IMG/VR virus record: IMGVR_UViG_3300021062_000016
Coordinates: 1-61,788 of that record
DNA length: 61,788 nucleotides
Strand: one strand, 5' to 3'
DNA from: a virus
Taxonomy: Duplodnaviria; Caudoviricetes
Part shown: piece after piece, positions 46,701 through 56,139 of the stretch
Position numbering within the stretch: the stretch's first letter is position 1
Layout of the letters: each line of letters starts with the position of its first letter
Program-made: the position numbers and the translations under genes
The notes under the pieces: model-generated
The model's database searches: none
What the model saw: only the letters and a program-made list of their open reading frames with translations
What the model was told of the DNA's origin: nothing

Positions 46701-49700
46701 GGCAGCCCGCAGCGACAAAGCCCTGATGGACAGGATCAACCGCACCTACAAGGACCTCCCCCTTGGAAAGCGGATGGAAGAAGCCGTCGCCGAACTGTTT
46801 GCACAGTGGAGCAACGGAAACCTTGAAGCCAAAGGCTTCCTGCGCACGGCGATGGAGAAGATCAAACTGGTGTGGGAGGCGCTGTCCAACCTTGCACTCG
46901 GCAACAGACTCACCACCGCCCGCGGCGTCATGCGCAAGGTGGAGAGCGGGGAGGTGGGCGCGAGGGAATCTCGCGAGACCCGCGACGCTGAACCCAGCTT
47001 CAGCCGCAGCGAGAAGCCTTTCTACTCCGCCCTGACCCGCGCCGCAGAGAAAGCCAAGGACTCCAAAGCCACCCCCGGCCAGTGGATGGGCATCCTCAAA
47101 AACTCCCCCGGCGTTAAGCAAGACGAACTTGACTGGTCCGGCATCCAAGAGTGGCTGAACACCCACGCCAAGCCCGTGACCAAAGAAGACCTGCTCGCCT
47201 TCCTCCGCGCCAACGAGGTGCAAGTGCAGGAGGTGGTGAAGGGCAACACCGCGAAGGACCGGAACGAAATCAAGAAGCAGATGCGCGAAATCATCAAGCG
47301 CAATGACAATCTTGGTTTCGATACAGTCGGCGAAGCCATCCAGGCGCTAATTGCCGAGCCTTCCAGGACGGCGGACGCCTGGGAATTTGGCGGCGACGAC
47401 GGGCAGAAAATGAACGCGCTGCTCGCCGACTATCACACCGAACTGAACAGCACGACCAAATTCCAGTCCTACACCCTCCCCGGCGGAGAGAACTACCGCG
47501 AGCTGCTGCTGACCTTGCCAACAAAAGGCGAGGGCGGGAAGCGGGTGCGCGTCTACACCAGCGACGGATTGAGCGCGGTGCAAACTATGACGGACGCTCA
47601 GATCGAGGGAATGCGCGAACGTGGCCGTCGCCGGTTTGAAGTGCTCGACACCGTCCATCCGCAGGGAACTTTTCAGCAGGGCCACTACGATGAAGCGAAC
47701 GTGGTCGCCCATATCCGCTTCAACGAACGCACCGACACCGATGGAAAGCGCGTGCTCTTCATCGAGGAAATCCAGTCCGACTGGCACCAGAAGGGGCGGA
47801 AGCAGGGGTATGCGAGCAAACGCACCATCGAGCAAATCGACGCTGACATTGACGCGGTATACGCAGAAGCCGAGCGGCGCGAACCCGGCATGGACCGCGA
47901 ATCAGCGGGTGGATGGCAGGCGGTGTGGGACACGCACCCCGACCTGAAAGTCCGCCACGATGCTCTCTTCCTTGAGCGCGGTCGCACCCAGGCAGGCGGT
48001 ATCCCCGACGCCCCCTTCAAGACCACCTGGCCCGAACTCGCCTTCAAGCGCGCCCTGAGATGGGCAGCGGAGAATGGATTCGACAGTGTGGCTTGGACAA
48101 CCGGCACGCAACAAGCGGAGAGGTACGACCTAAGCAAGCAGATCGGGCGCATTGAGTGGCAGCGCGAAGATGACGGCACGTATGAAGTTCGTGCGTATCA
48201 GGCTGAGGATGTGCGTCGCGGCGAGGGCTCGCTGATCGACAAGCGCGGCATGTCGCCGGAAGCTGTCGCGGACACCATCGGCAAAGAGCTTGCTGATCGC
48301 ATCGTCAACAGTGCGGATACTCACGGCACGATCAAGGGCGAGGGCCTCCGTGTCGGCGGCGAGGGCATGAAGGGCTTCTACGACCAGATTCTCCCCGCCT
48401 TCGCCAACAAGTACGGCAAGAAGTGGGGGGCGAGGGTTGGGACAACGAATCTAGATGTCTCCGGCCTGTATCAAACCGCCCCAGACCTTGCCGAGCTGGA
48501 AGCGGAAGACGCCGAGCAACAGGCCATCATAGACAGCGGCAAAAAACACAAAACCGCCACCGCGACCGTCCACTCCCTCCCTATCACCCCCCACATGCGC
48601 GCGAGCGTCATGGAGGGCCAGCCGATGTTCAGCCGGCGCGTCCCCGAAGTGAAGGAACGGGACACCCCGCCCCGCCGCTCCGACGGCACCTACGCTTCCC
48701 CCACCGACCCCAACTACAAAGCCCCCAAGGGAACCCCTACCCAGCAGAGGGCGGTGAACAAGGCCATCTCCGCCGACAAGCCCGGCGGCCTGTGGGCCCG
48801 CACCCGCGAGACCTACGACACCATCCGCAACACCATCAAAGACGAGATTATCTGGGCCACGGCGGATGAGTTCTACGGTCAGCGCAAGCTGGGCAAGCAC
48901 ATCATGCCCAAGAGCGCGGATACGGACCTTGCGGCGTGGATGGCTGCCGGCATGGCAAGACATTCCGCTGGACAAATCGAAGCCTTCCTGCGTCATGGGG
49001 CTCCGAAGTGGAACGGCGATGACGCCGTTCTCGAGCAGGACAAGGAGACATCACCCGGCTTCTACGAGATCGTCGCCCCCCTGTACGAAAAAGGCCTGGA
49101 CCGTCTCTTCGAAGGCTATGCGTATGCACGTCGTGTGAAGACCCAGAACCTTATCGAGGACGGGCGCGAGCACAACATCACGGCTGAAGAACGTGACTCC
49201 CTCGTCGCCCTCGAAAACGAGTTCCCCGAGTTCAAGCGCATCTTCAACCAAATCCAGACCTTCAAGAAAGCTGTGTTGGATGCAGCCCAGGACATGGGCC
49301 TGATCGACAAGGAGCAGCGGAAGGTTTGGGAGCAGGCGGACCACGTTCCGTTCTACCGGGTGGCGGAGGAGGAAGACTCCAGCGCAGGACCGTTCCGCAA
49401 GAAGGGCCTCGCCGGTCAGTCTCCCCAGATCGGCCGGCTCACCGGCGGCGAAGAACGCTTCGTCGTCTTCAATCCCGAAGGCGAAGTGGTCTCCCGCCAC
49501 GAGACCAAGAGCGCAGCCAATCTGGAAGCGAAGAAACTGGGCAAGGGCCACACCGTCGAGTCCGCCGGCCAACCCATCGTTGGAATCATCGAGAACCTCG
49601 TTAAGAACTTCTCCCACCTGATCGACGCCAGCATGAAGAACTACGCGGCGGTGCTGGCAGTTGACGACGCTCTGCAAGTCGGGATCGCCGAAAAGGTGGG

Positions 49701-51495
49701 CATGGAGCACACCCAGGCTCTGGTTCCCCGTGCCGTCATGGCAAAAGCCCTGGGCCTGGATCCGAAGCAGGAAGACGGGATTGAGGCAGTAGCTGCGATC
49801 AAGAGCCCCGTCCGCCCGGACAACGACGTCATCTCTATTCGTCGTGACGGGAAGGTGGAGTTCTACCGGATCAAGGACAAGCTTCTGTACCGCGGCGTTG
49901 CCGGACTCCATCGCGCTGCGATGTCTTGGTGGACCAAGCCCCTTGTGAAGCTGAAGAACATCTTCACCCGGAGCATCACGGCCACCCCCGCCTTCATGGC
50001 GCGCAACTTCTTCCGTGACTCCCAGTCTGCCTGGTTGCAGACGCCCGAACGTGGCTACAACGTGCTGAGCGAGATGGCCAAGAGCGTCAAAGCCCTCGGC
50101 ACGCGCCTGGACGACCCCCGCGTGAAAGCCATCATGGCTGCGGGTGGAGACACGGGTTGGTACCAGAACGCCCCCGAAGACGTGGTGAAGCAGCTGCGTC
50201 AAATGGAAGCGGACGGCAAAGCAACCCTCATCGGCCTGGCAGACGTCCGCAAATGGTGGCGCACCTGGGAGCGAATTGGCCGGGCGTCGGAAATCGCCAA
50301 CCGCGTTGTGACCTATGATGCCACCCTGAAAGCCTCTGGCTCCAAACGCAAAGCCGCCTTTGCCGCCGCGGACCTGCTCGACTTCCAACGTCGTGGGGGA
50401 GCCGAGTGGATGCAGTTCCTGACGGCTGTTACCCCGTTCCTGAACGCCAGAATCCAGGGCCTCTATAAACTTGGCAGATTGGCGACCGCCGGCGACAAAC
50501 AAGCCCGCAAGGCTCTGCTCACCAAGGCCGGTATGATGATTGCGTTCTCCACCACCCTTGCGATCCTCAATGCTGGAGACGACGAAGACGACGGCTACAA
50601 CGACCTTCCAGAGTACGTGAAGGACGGAAGCTGGGTCATCAACCTGAAGCGCATGGGAATTGAAGGCGAGGGGGTTCCCCGCTTCATCCTGATCCCCAAA
50701 CCCTTCGAGCTCGGCGTCCTGCTTGGAACCGTGCCCGAGCGCGCCGTTCAACTGATTGCAGGAAACGACCGCGCCAAAGACACGTGGGATGCCCTGGAGA
50801 GAACGGTTGTCGATACCTTCTCCATCAACCCGCTTGGGAATCCCTTGGTGAAGGAAACCGTGGAGCAGTGGGCCAACCGGGACTTCTTCACCGGCAGACC
50901 CATTGTGAACCAGACCCTGCAATTCCTTCCCCCGGAACAGCAGTACGACAGCGGCACGAGCGAAACCGCGAAAGGGCTGGGCAAGATGTTTGATGCTTCC
51001 CCCGCCAGAATCGAACACGCCATCCGTGGATTCACCGGTGACATGGGCATGTTTGCCGTTGCCGTGGCCGACGCCATCATGCGCGGCACGGGTATGAGCC
51101 CTCAGTTGCCGAGCGAGCGCATAGACGAGATGCCCGTGGTCAAATCCTTCATCCGCCAAGATCCAGCCCGTAACTCCAAGTGGGTGGAGCGCTTCTACGA
51201 CATCCGCAACGAAGCGGAGGAAGTCGTCAGGGGCATGAATGCAAGCAGGAAGGCCGGTGACCTGGAAGGAGCCCGTGAACTCCGCGACGAGAACCGCGGC
51301 CTTCTCCGTGTCCGCAAGGAACTGGATGACCGTGCAGACACCATGGCTGCCCTCAACAAGCAGTCCCGCGAGATCAAGGTCAGGGATGATTTGACCCCCG
51401 ACGAGAAGCGCCGCCGCCTTGATGCAATCACCCGGCGCCGAAACGAAATCGCCAAAGCCGGCGCCCAGAGAGCCGAGACCGCTTCCGAGCGGTAA
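43792..51495 (+). CDS. Large polyvalent ejection protein (BECR-like nuclease, zincin HExxH, LPD38-like C-terminus)
   Basis: 2567 aa; IAH..WVVTAY; NHEVIH..EEAVAE; IEEIQSDWHQ; PFLNARIQG, IPKPFELG, NRDFFTGRPI. Confidence 0.85.
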   Translation: MPLRPLSFDPFESSEQGTAMLRPLDFDPFEAKAAPTLRPLDFDPFARKGLDQMPGAGMVGGGGKRLTPEEGLDLARSIPAGAVKGVGMAARGLGTAYESVGRSLARPVEAGLRAAGMGDVVDALNSNTPWWLQPSEILKRPGEQTVKAGEAIGVPEERRTIGTDIGEGVGQLGGQITAALLSGGASATSSLAMLYGQGVDQMEQLRKEHAPDRQDAVTDTAVLGGGAITALTERYGLDKILNRIPPKIKNAVLRQLADVSIAGGIEAAQEVAENVLQRLTAIATFAPDASVLEGAGREAIAAGGAGAIARGLLNTALPGRQPAPTENAPLPVSPEIRAQTTADDINSPIPTELIEGGRQVVADAMGSRRSPVPSTDRPQESAPNVGGPTAPPPALEALPRAGGLPSAPVGAPPAEVTAPAAQPGVSVQPTEASNVEPRVDGQPPPVRSGTPPPPQPIVGAPVPQGPQPIPAPGPTVALPESVGGDQLVTRQDGTPWASETDARTARTSRPDLRGKAFEPVQVEGGWALRPLPAPPIEIPAAPIGTLNPPIETVKQPVAEPQKAPPLRRHEGSWVVVKKGTLEPVLETFEQKTADAINREKYDVLTAGDYLGRKNQEIRQQDAARPSAEPAFSRTNAPPPPDTRLANISRGKDAIERALKNEDEPYAVHRKDTGWIGVYANNIAHAIRERMSAVKQRMTREQAVAMIRELPVVLANGRLGTPYTQDGKTVSRNINYNGKTAVLRFERFGERETWVVTAYPGMQQMPMTGKKLSEAEAEKMIADAVTPGFKLRDDATQPDHQAVLRAPVSEETSAPKGSPSISTEAGPANRPPVREPSGRLGAATADNVVTKTPENKAAEKDEPQQRLAEPRESAPVLTDEQITQAKEELLADLKRMDPSGRLAMRLVKQINNAVTGQQEPNADGQYFRRLIEIAHQAIKDNRGKHVLNHEVIHALRDLGLFTDFEWRALVRAARSDKALMDRINRTYKDLPLGKRMEEAVAELFAQWSNGNLEAKGFLRTAMEKIKLVWEALSNLALGNRLTTARGVMRKVESGEVGARESRETRDAEPSFSRSEKPFYSALTRAAEKAKDSKATPGQWMGILKNSPGVKQDELDWSGIQEWLNTHAKPVTKEDLLAFLRANEVQVQEVVKGNTAKDRNEIKKQMREIIKRNDNLGFDTVGEAIQALIAEPSRTADAWEFGGDDGQKMNALLADYHTELNSTTKFQSYTLPGGENYRELLLTLPTKGEGGKRVRVYTSDGLSAVQTMTDAQIEGMRERGRRRFEVLDTVHPQGTFQQGHYDEANVVAHIRFNERTDTDGKRVLFIEEIQSDWHQKGRKQGYASKRTIEQIDADIDAVYAEAERREPGMDRESAGGWQAVWDTHPDLKVRHDALFLERGRTQAGGIPDAPFKTTWPELAFKRALRWAAENGFDSVAWTTGTQQAERYDLSKQIGRIEWQREDDGTYEVRAYQAEDVRRGEGSLIDKRGMSPEAVADTIGKELADRIVNSADTHGTIKGEGLRVGGEGMKGFYDQILPAFANKYGKKWGARVGTTNLDVSGLYQTAPDLAELEAEDAEQQAIIDSGKKHKTATATVHSLPITPHMRASVMEGQPMFSRRVPEVKERDTPPRRSDGTYASPTDPNYKAPKGTPTQQRAVNKAISADKPGGLWARTRETYDTIRNTIKDEIIWATADEFYGQRKLGKHIMPKSADTDLAAWMAAGMARHSAGQIEAFLRHGAPKWNGDDAVLEQDKETSPGFYEIVAPLYEKGLDRLFEGYAYARRVKTQNLIEDGREHNITAEERDSLVALENEFPEFKRIFNQIQTFKKAVLDAAQDMGLIDKEQRKVWEQADHVPFYRVAEEEDSSAGPFRKKGLAGQSPQIGRLTGGEERFVVFNPEGEVVSRHETKSAANLEAKKLGKGHTVESAGQPIVGIIENLVKNFSHLIDASMKNYAAVLAVDDALQVGIAEKVGMEHTQALVPRAVMAKALGLDPKQEDGIEAVAAIKSPVRPDNDVISIRRDGKVEFYRIKDKLLYRGVAGLHRAAMSWWTKPLVKLKNIFTRSITATPAFMARNFFRDSQSAWLQTPERGYNVLSEMAKSVKALGTRLDDPRVKAIMAAGGDTGWYQNAPEDVVKQLRQMEADGKATLIGLADVRKWWRTWERIGRASEIANRVVTYDATLKASGSKRKAAFAAADLLDFQRRGGAEWMQFLTAVTPFLNARIQGLYKLGRLATAGDKQARKALLTKAGMMIAFSTTLAILNAGDDEDDGYNDLPEYVKDGSWVINLKRMGIEGEGVPRFILIPKPFELGVLLGTVPERAVQLIAGNDRAKDTWDALERTVVDTFSINPLGNPLVKETVEQWANRDFFTGRPIVNQTLQFLPPEQQYDSGTSETAKGLGKMFDASPARIEHAIRGFTGDMGMFAVAVADAIMRGTGMSPQLPSERIDEMPVVKSFIRQDPARNSKWVERFYDIRNEAEEVVRGMNASRKAGDLEGARELRDENRGLLRVRKELDDRADTMAALNKQSREIKVRDDLTPDEKRRRLDAITRRRNEIAKAGAQRAETASER

Positions 51496-51553
51496 GTCCT
51501 CCGAAACAGAAACAGGAGTCCCCTATGCGCAACCGCACGACGGCGGGTGGTTG

Positions 51554-51841
51554 ATGCCGTTCAAATCGAAAAGCAAGCGAGCCGCGTATCACCGGGTCTA
51601 TCGGGCCAAGAACGCAGAAAAGATTCACGCCAAGGACCGCGCCTATCGGTCAATATGCGCAGACGCCGAGCGGGCGCGATTCCGGCAAAACTACTTGGCC
51701 CACGGCGACGAACTCCTGGCCCGACGCCGGCAGAAATACGCCACCGACCCTGAGCACCGAACTCGCATCCTCGCCTCCAACCGCGCCTCGTGGAAGCGCC
51801 TCTCTCACACATGGAAGAGGGCCCGTCATGGCACCGCCTAA
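51554..51841 (+). CDS. Basic hypothetical protein
   Basis: R/K/Y-rich helical repeat like HNH N-termini, no nuclease domain. Confidence 0.55.
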   Translation: MPFKSKSKRAAYHRVYRAKNAEKIHAKDRAYRSICADAERARFRQNYLAHGDELLARRRQKYATDPEHRTRILASNRASWKRLSHTWKRARHGTA

Positions 51842-52949
51842 ACGCACGGAAGCGGAGCGGATCGGTCTGCTCGATGACGAAATCCGCCGTCTTCGCGCCC
51901 AACTTGCCCAAGCCAATCGCGATCGGTTGCAGCGTCAGCGGGCCGACGACAGCGCCGAAGCCATCCGCAAGGAAATCTTCAACCTCGCCGCCCGCAGTCC
52001 GGAGGCGCCCACCTGGGTCACATCGATCAAGGGCGGGGCTGACGGACGGCGCGGAACCCCCTGCACCATCTGGTCCGACTGGCATTTCGGCGAAGTCGTC
52101 AACCCTGCGGAAGTAGGGGGTGTCAACGAGTTCAACACCGACATCGCCAACAAGCGCGTCAAGCGATTGGTGGATACGACCATCGACCTGTCCTTCAACC
52201 ACATGGGGCGCGCGAAGGCGGATTACCCTGGGGTAGTGATCTGCCTCGGCGGTGACATGATGACGGGGGACATCCATGAAGAAATCGTCATCACCAACGA
52301 TCGGACACCGCAGCAACAGATCAACGATCTTACGGACACTTTGGCGGGTGCTATTGACCGCATGGCTACGGCGTTCGGGAAAGCGTTCGTGCCGTGCGTC
52401 GTCGGCAACCATGGCCGTGACAGCAAAAAGCCGAGGCTCAAGGGTCGCGTCTTCACGTCCCACGAATGGGTGATCTACACCAACCTTGAGCGTCACTTCC
52501 GCAAGTCAAAGAACATCATCATCCACGTCCCGTCGGAGAGCGACGCCTACTTCAAGGTTTACGGTCACCGGTACCTTTTGACTCACGGAGACAGCCTCGG
52601 AGTGAAGGGTGGTGACGGAATCATTGGCGCCATCGGGCCGATCATGCGCGGGACGATCAAGACTGGACGGTCCGAAGCCCAGATTGGACGCGACTTCGAC
52701 ACCCTGATCCTTGGGCACTGGCATCAGCTCCTCTGGCTGCCCGGCTGCATCGTCAACAATTCGCTCAAGGGCTACGACGAGTTCGCCCGCCTGATCCTTC
52801 GGGCGCCGTACAGCCGGCCATCCCAGGCCCTGTGGTTCACCCATCCCGACCACGGCATCACGGCACGGTGGGAGATTTACCTGGAAGGCCAGCGCCAAGC
52901 CAAACAGCAGAACGAGTGGGTCACGTTTCAGCAGCGGAGCGCCGCATGA
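51828..52949 (+). CDS. Calcineurin-like metallophosphoesterase
   Basis: SDWH, GGD, GNHG, THGD, GHWH. Confidence 0.88.
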   Translation: MAPPKRTEAERIGLLDDEIRRLRAQLAQANRDRLQRQRADDSAEAIRKEIFNLAARSPEAPTWVTSIKGGADGRRGTPCTIWSDWHFGEVVNPAEVGGVNEFNTDIANKRVKRLVDTTIDLSFNHMGRAKADYPGVVICLGGDMMTGDIHEEIVITNDRTPQQQINDLTDTLAGAIDRMATAFGKAFVPCVVGNHGRDSKKPRLKGRVFTSHEWVIYTNLERHFRKSKNIIIHVPSESDAYFKVYGHRYLLTHGDSLGVKGGDGIIGAIGPIMRGTIKTGRSEAQIGRDFDTLILGHWHQLLWLPGCIVNNSLKGYDEFARLILRAPYSRPSQALWFTHPDHGITARWEIYLEGQRQAKQQNEWVTFQQRSAA

Positions 52950-53380
52950 CCGTGAACCCGAAGGAGTCTATCGGCAGCAAGAAAGCGCCGATGTCCGCGC
53001 TATCTGGCCCGGTTCTCCTTGAGATCGGACTAGGGATGCTGGAAGGCGCATGCAAGTACGGCCGACACAACTACCGCATCACTGGCGTGAGAGCCTCGGT
53101 CTATTACGACGCCGCGATGCGCCATCTCATGGCCTGGTGGGAAGGTGAGGACATCGACCCACAAAGCGGCCTTCCGCATATCAGCAAAGCCATGTCCTGC
53201 CTCGCCGTGGTCCGCGATGCACAGATGCTCGGCAAGTTCCGCGATGACCGGCCGCCGCCTCACCCCACCGGGTGGGTGGAGCGCGCGAGTGAGACCGCAG
53301 CGCAAATTATCGCGCGCTTCCCTGACCCCGTCGCGCCCTACACCCGCGAGTCCACGGAACTGAACAAGCCCGATGTGTAA
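52946..53380 (+). CDS. DUF5664 dATP/dGTP diphosphohydrolase-like protein
   Basis: GACKYGRHNYR, AAMRHL.AWWEGEDIDPQSGLPH. Confidence 0.85.
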   Translation: MTVNPKESIGSKKAPMSALSGPVLLEIGLGMLEGACKYGRHNYRITGVRASVYYDAAMRHLMAWWEGEDIDPQSGLPHISKAMSCLAVVRDAQMLGKFRDDRPPPHPTGWVERASETAAQIIARFPDPVAPYTRESTELNKPDV

Positions 53381-53526
53381 ACCCATCGACATGGAGTGGC
53401 CATGCGCAAACACCGAAAGCGTAAGCAGCCCATGAAACCTCGAACCCGCACCTTCGACCCCGACGACGAACAGGACAAATCCATGGACGAAGAAAAGACC
53501 CCGATCTACCTGGGCCCGGTGAACAA

Positions 53527-54861
53527 ATGAGCGAAGTGAGTCCCCCCATGGACCCAGGCGTAGAGGTTCTGGCCACCGATATTGCCCATCCCGAATCCTT
53601 CGCTAGAGCCATCTACCACCAATGCAGGGCAGGGGATTCACCCGGAGCCATCGACCTGGGAGCGACAGCCCTTCAGCTATATCCGAACCACGCCCCCATC
53701 TGGGACGCCGTTGCTCTGGCTCTTCGCTACCCCGACAGGCTCGAAGACGCCGAAGCGTTCCACCGCAGAGCCGTAGCGCTTGAACCCAACAACCCGGGCT
53801 TCAAGACCAACCTCGCCATGACTCTGATTGACCTGGGCCGGACACAAGAAGCTAGCCAGCTTCTGCGCGAAGTCCTCAATGCCAATCCGTTTTTCCAATA
53901 CGCCGGCATCCAACTGATGCTGGCTGAGCTGATGAGCGGGAATCTGGAAGAGGGATGGAAGGTCCACAGCCAAAGACTCGGCTGGCACGCCTACGCCAGC
54001 CAGATTCGGGACAGCAAACTCCCCACATGGGACGGCAAGTCCAAGGGCAAGATTCTCCTCCTCGGTGAAGAAGGCGCCGGCGAACGCATGATGTACGCCT
54101 CCATGTTCCAGGAGGTTATGGATTCTGGAAACGAGATCGTCATCGAATGCTGTGGTGTGAACGGAGGCTTCAAGCGCTTCGCCCGTTTGATGGAACGAAG
54201 CTTCCCCCAGGCTGAGATTTCCCTGACCCCCGGCAGCGCCAAAGCAGATTACCAACTCGCGATGGGATCCCTGGCCCCCATCTTCCGCCCCACCTGGGAT
54301 CACTTCCCCAAGCACCGTGGCTACCTGAAAGCCAACCCCGCCCGGACGGAACAGCTCCGCCGCAAGATCAACGCCAAGGGCCTCACCGTCGGTCTCTCAT
54401 GGAAGTCCGGCAGCACCAACCTGATGCCGCGCAAGAGCCTGCCCATCCATGCGTTCAAACAGATTCTCGGCATCGACAACATCACCTTCGTGAACCTTCA
54501 GTTCGGCGAAACCGTAGACGACCGCAATTCATCCCACGAAGCCATGAGCATCGTTGATACCGGAGTGGACCTCTACAACGACATGGAGGGAGTTGCTTCC
54601 CTGATGAAAGCCTGCGACCTGGTCATCACGGTGAGCAACACCAATGCTCATCTTGCTGGTGCACTGGGAATCCCCACCTGGATTCTCGTCCCCGCCCGCA
54701 CCGGGCGCATGTGGTTCTGGGGCCTGAACCGCGACGACTGCCCCTGGTACCCCAGCGTCAAACTGTTCCGCCAGGAAGAGACCTGGGGCCCGGCGCTGGC
54801 GAAGCTTCATCGTTCCCTGCTGAACCTGCAGTGGGAACGCCAGTTCCTGAGCGCGGCGTGA
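53527..54861 (+). CDS. TPR + GT-B glycosyltransferase (GT9/FlmG-like architecture)
   Basis: TPRs; EEGAGERMMY; GLSW; DLVITVSNTNAHLAGALG; PWYPSVKLFRQ. Confidence 0.85.
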   Translation: MSEVSPPMDPGVEVLATDIAHPESFARAIYHQCRAGDSPGAIDLGATALQLYPNHAPIWDAVALALRYPDRLEDAEAFHRRAVALEPNNPGFKTNLAMTLIDLGRTQEASQLLREVLNANPFFQYAGIQLMLAELMSGNLEEGWKVHSQRLGWHAYASQIRDSKLPTWDGKSKGKILLLGEEGAGERMMYASMFQEVMDSGNEIVIECCGVNGGFKRFARLMERSFPQAEISLTPGSAKADYQLAMGSLAPIFRPTWDHFPKHRGYLKANPARTEQLRRKINAKGLTVGLSWKSGSTNLMPRKSLPIHAFKQILGIDNITFVNLQFGETVDDRNSSHEAMSIVDTGVDLYNDMEGVASLMKACDLVITVSNTNAHLAGALGIPTWILVPARTGRMWFWGLNRDDCPWYPSVKLFRQEETWGPALAKLHRSLLNLQWERQFLSAA

Positions 54862-54864
54862 CAC

Positions 54865-55287
54865 GTGCTCGTCCGCATCGAGCGTTTGGACACAAGCGAC
54901 CAAGGAACTTTTGGAAGACTCACCGCCGGCGGACTGACTCTCTTCACCGGCGAGCTCCCGGATCGAAACAACGCACCGAACGTCTCCTGCATCCCGGCCG
55001 GGAACTACCAGTGCCTATGGACCTTCTCACCGACGTTTAAGCGCTTCATGTACGCCGTGGTCCCTGTAACCGGGAGATCGGGGATCAGGGTCCATCCCGC
55101 GAATTACATGGGCGAAAACCCGCCGTGGAGGAAACAACTCCATGGCTGCATCGCGCTCGGCGAAAAACTCGGGTGGATGGACAAGCAAAAAGCCGTCCTC
55201 CTTTCGGCGCCCGCGGTCACCAAACTCGAAAACACCCTTGAGCGGCAACCCTTCACTTTGGAGATCATCAATGCTTGGGCTTCTTAG
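54865..55287 (+). CDS. DUF5675 protein (L,D-transpeptidase-like, candidate endolysin)
   Basis: TFGRL, SCIPAGNY, RSGIRVHPAN..GCIALG. Confidence 0.75.
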   Translation: MLVRIERLDTSDQGTFGRLTAGGLTLFTGELPDRNNAPNVSCIPAGNYQCLWTFSPTFKRFMYAVVPVTGRSGIRVHPANYMGENPPWRKQLHGCIALGEKLGWMDKQKAVLLSAPAVTKLENTLERQPFTLEIINAWAS

Positions 55288-55828
55288 CTCCGTCCTCTCC
55301 GGCGGCCTCACCGGAATCCTGGGAGCCGGCATCCAGCGCTTCGCCGACTTCATGAACAAGAAGCAGGATATCAAGATCATGGAGTTGAAGTTCGCCCAGG
55401 AGGTGAAGCTGAAGGAGGTAGACGCCTCGATCATGCGGGAGGAATGGGCCCAGCGCACCAAAGTGGCCGAAGTGGAGGGGGCCGCGAAAGTCTCCGTTGC
55501 AGAGCAGGAAGCCTTCGCCAAGTCCTTCGAGATGGAGCCACAGCGTTACAGCGAGAAGGTGAAACCCGGAGCTGTTGCAGGGTTCATGCTCGTCCTGATC
55601 GACTTCATCCGCGGCCTCGTCCGCCCTGGATTGACGATTTACCTCTGCGTGCTCACCACGCTGATCTACTTCCAGGCCCGCGCGCTGTTGAATGATCAGG
55701 CCTTGTCGCCTGCAGAAGCAATGGCCCTCACCACCACCATCACCGAAACGGTGCTGTACCTCTTCACGACGGTAACGCTTTGGTACTTCGGCACGCGCAA
55801 TTCAGCAAAAGGACCCATGGCAAAGTGA
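55271..55828 (+). CDS. Holin-like membrane protein
   Basis: RGLVRP, TM segments, WYFGTR. Confidence 0.65.
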   Translation: MLGLLSSVLSGGLTGILGAGIQRFADFMNKKQDIKIMELKFAQEVKLKEVDASIMREEWAQRTKVAEVEGAAKVSVAEQEAFAKSFEMEPQRYSEKVKPGAVAGFMLVLIDFIRGLVRPGLTIYLCVLTTLIYFQARALLNDQALSPAEAMALTTTITETVLYLFTTVTLWYFGTRNSAKGPMAK

Positions 55829-56139
55829 GCGGGGAAACTTGGGACAAAGTCTTGGCCGTTGCGTGCGCCGCAGCCGGGCTAGCGTTCCTCGTCAAGTGTG
55901 CGACTGCCGACGCCGCAGAAGAACCCGTGATGCCGCCCTTGTCCGTCGCCTACTCCTGTCCAACCGGCGACGTCCTCCACGTCGCATCGAATCACCCCGA
56001 CGTTCACATTGCGCACCTCATGGTGATGATCGGCCGCATCACCCCTGACCAATACATCGCATTACTCACCAGCATCACGCCCGACTTCGAACCAGCTGCC
56101 CATAAATTCCTCATCGAGTGCTTCGGCCAGGGTGTGTGA
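55825..56139 (+). CDS. Hypothetical exported/membrane protein
   Basis: N-terminal hydrophobic segment. Confidence 0.55.
   Translation: MSGETWDKVLAVACAAAGLAFLVKCATADAAEEPVMPPLSVAYSCPTGDVLHVASNHPDVHIAHLMVMIGRITPDQYIALLTSITPDFEPAAHKFLIECFGQGV

Noticed and set aside
49051-51159. 702-aa antisense ORF and similar long shadow ORFs (27827-29008, 32113-33138, 45007-46191)
   Set aside because: Mirror frames of high-GC coding genes with no motifs
43792-51495. N4-like virion RNA polymerase
   Set aside because: No recognisable single-subunit RNAP motifs; matches polyvalent-protein features instead
52946-53380. 2-aminoadenine (Z) genome pathway
   Set aside because: No purZ or dedicated polymerase seen
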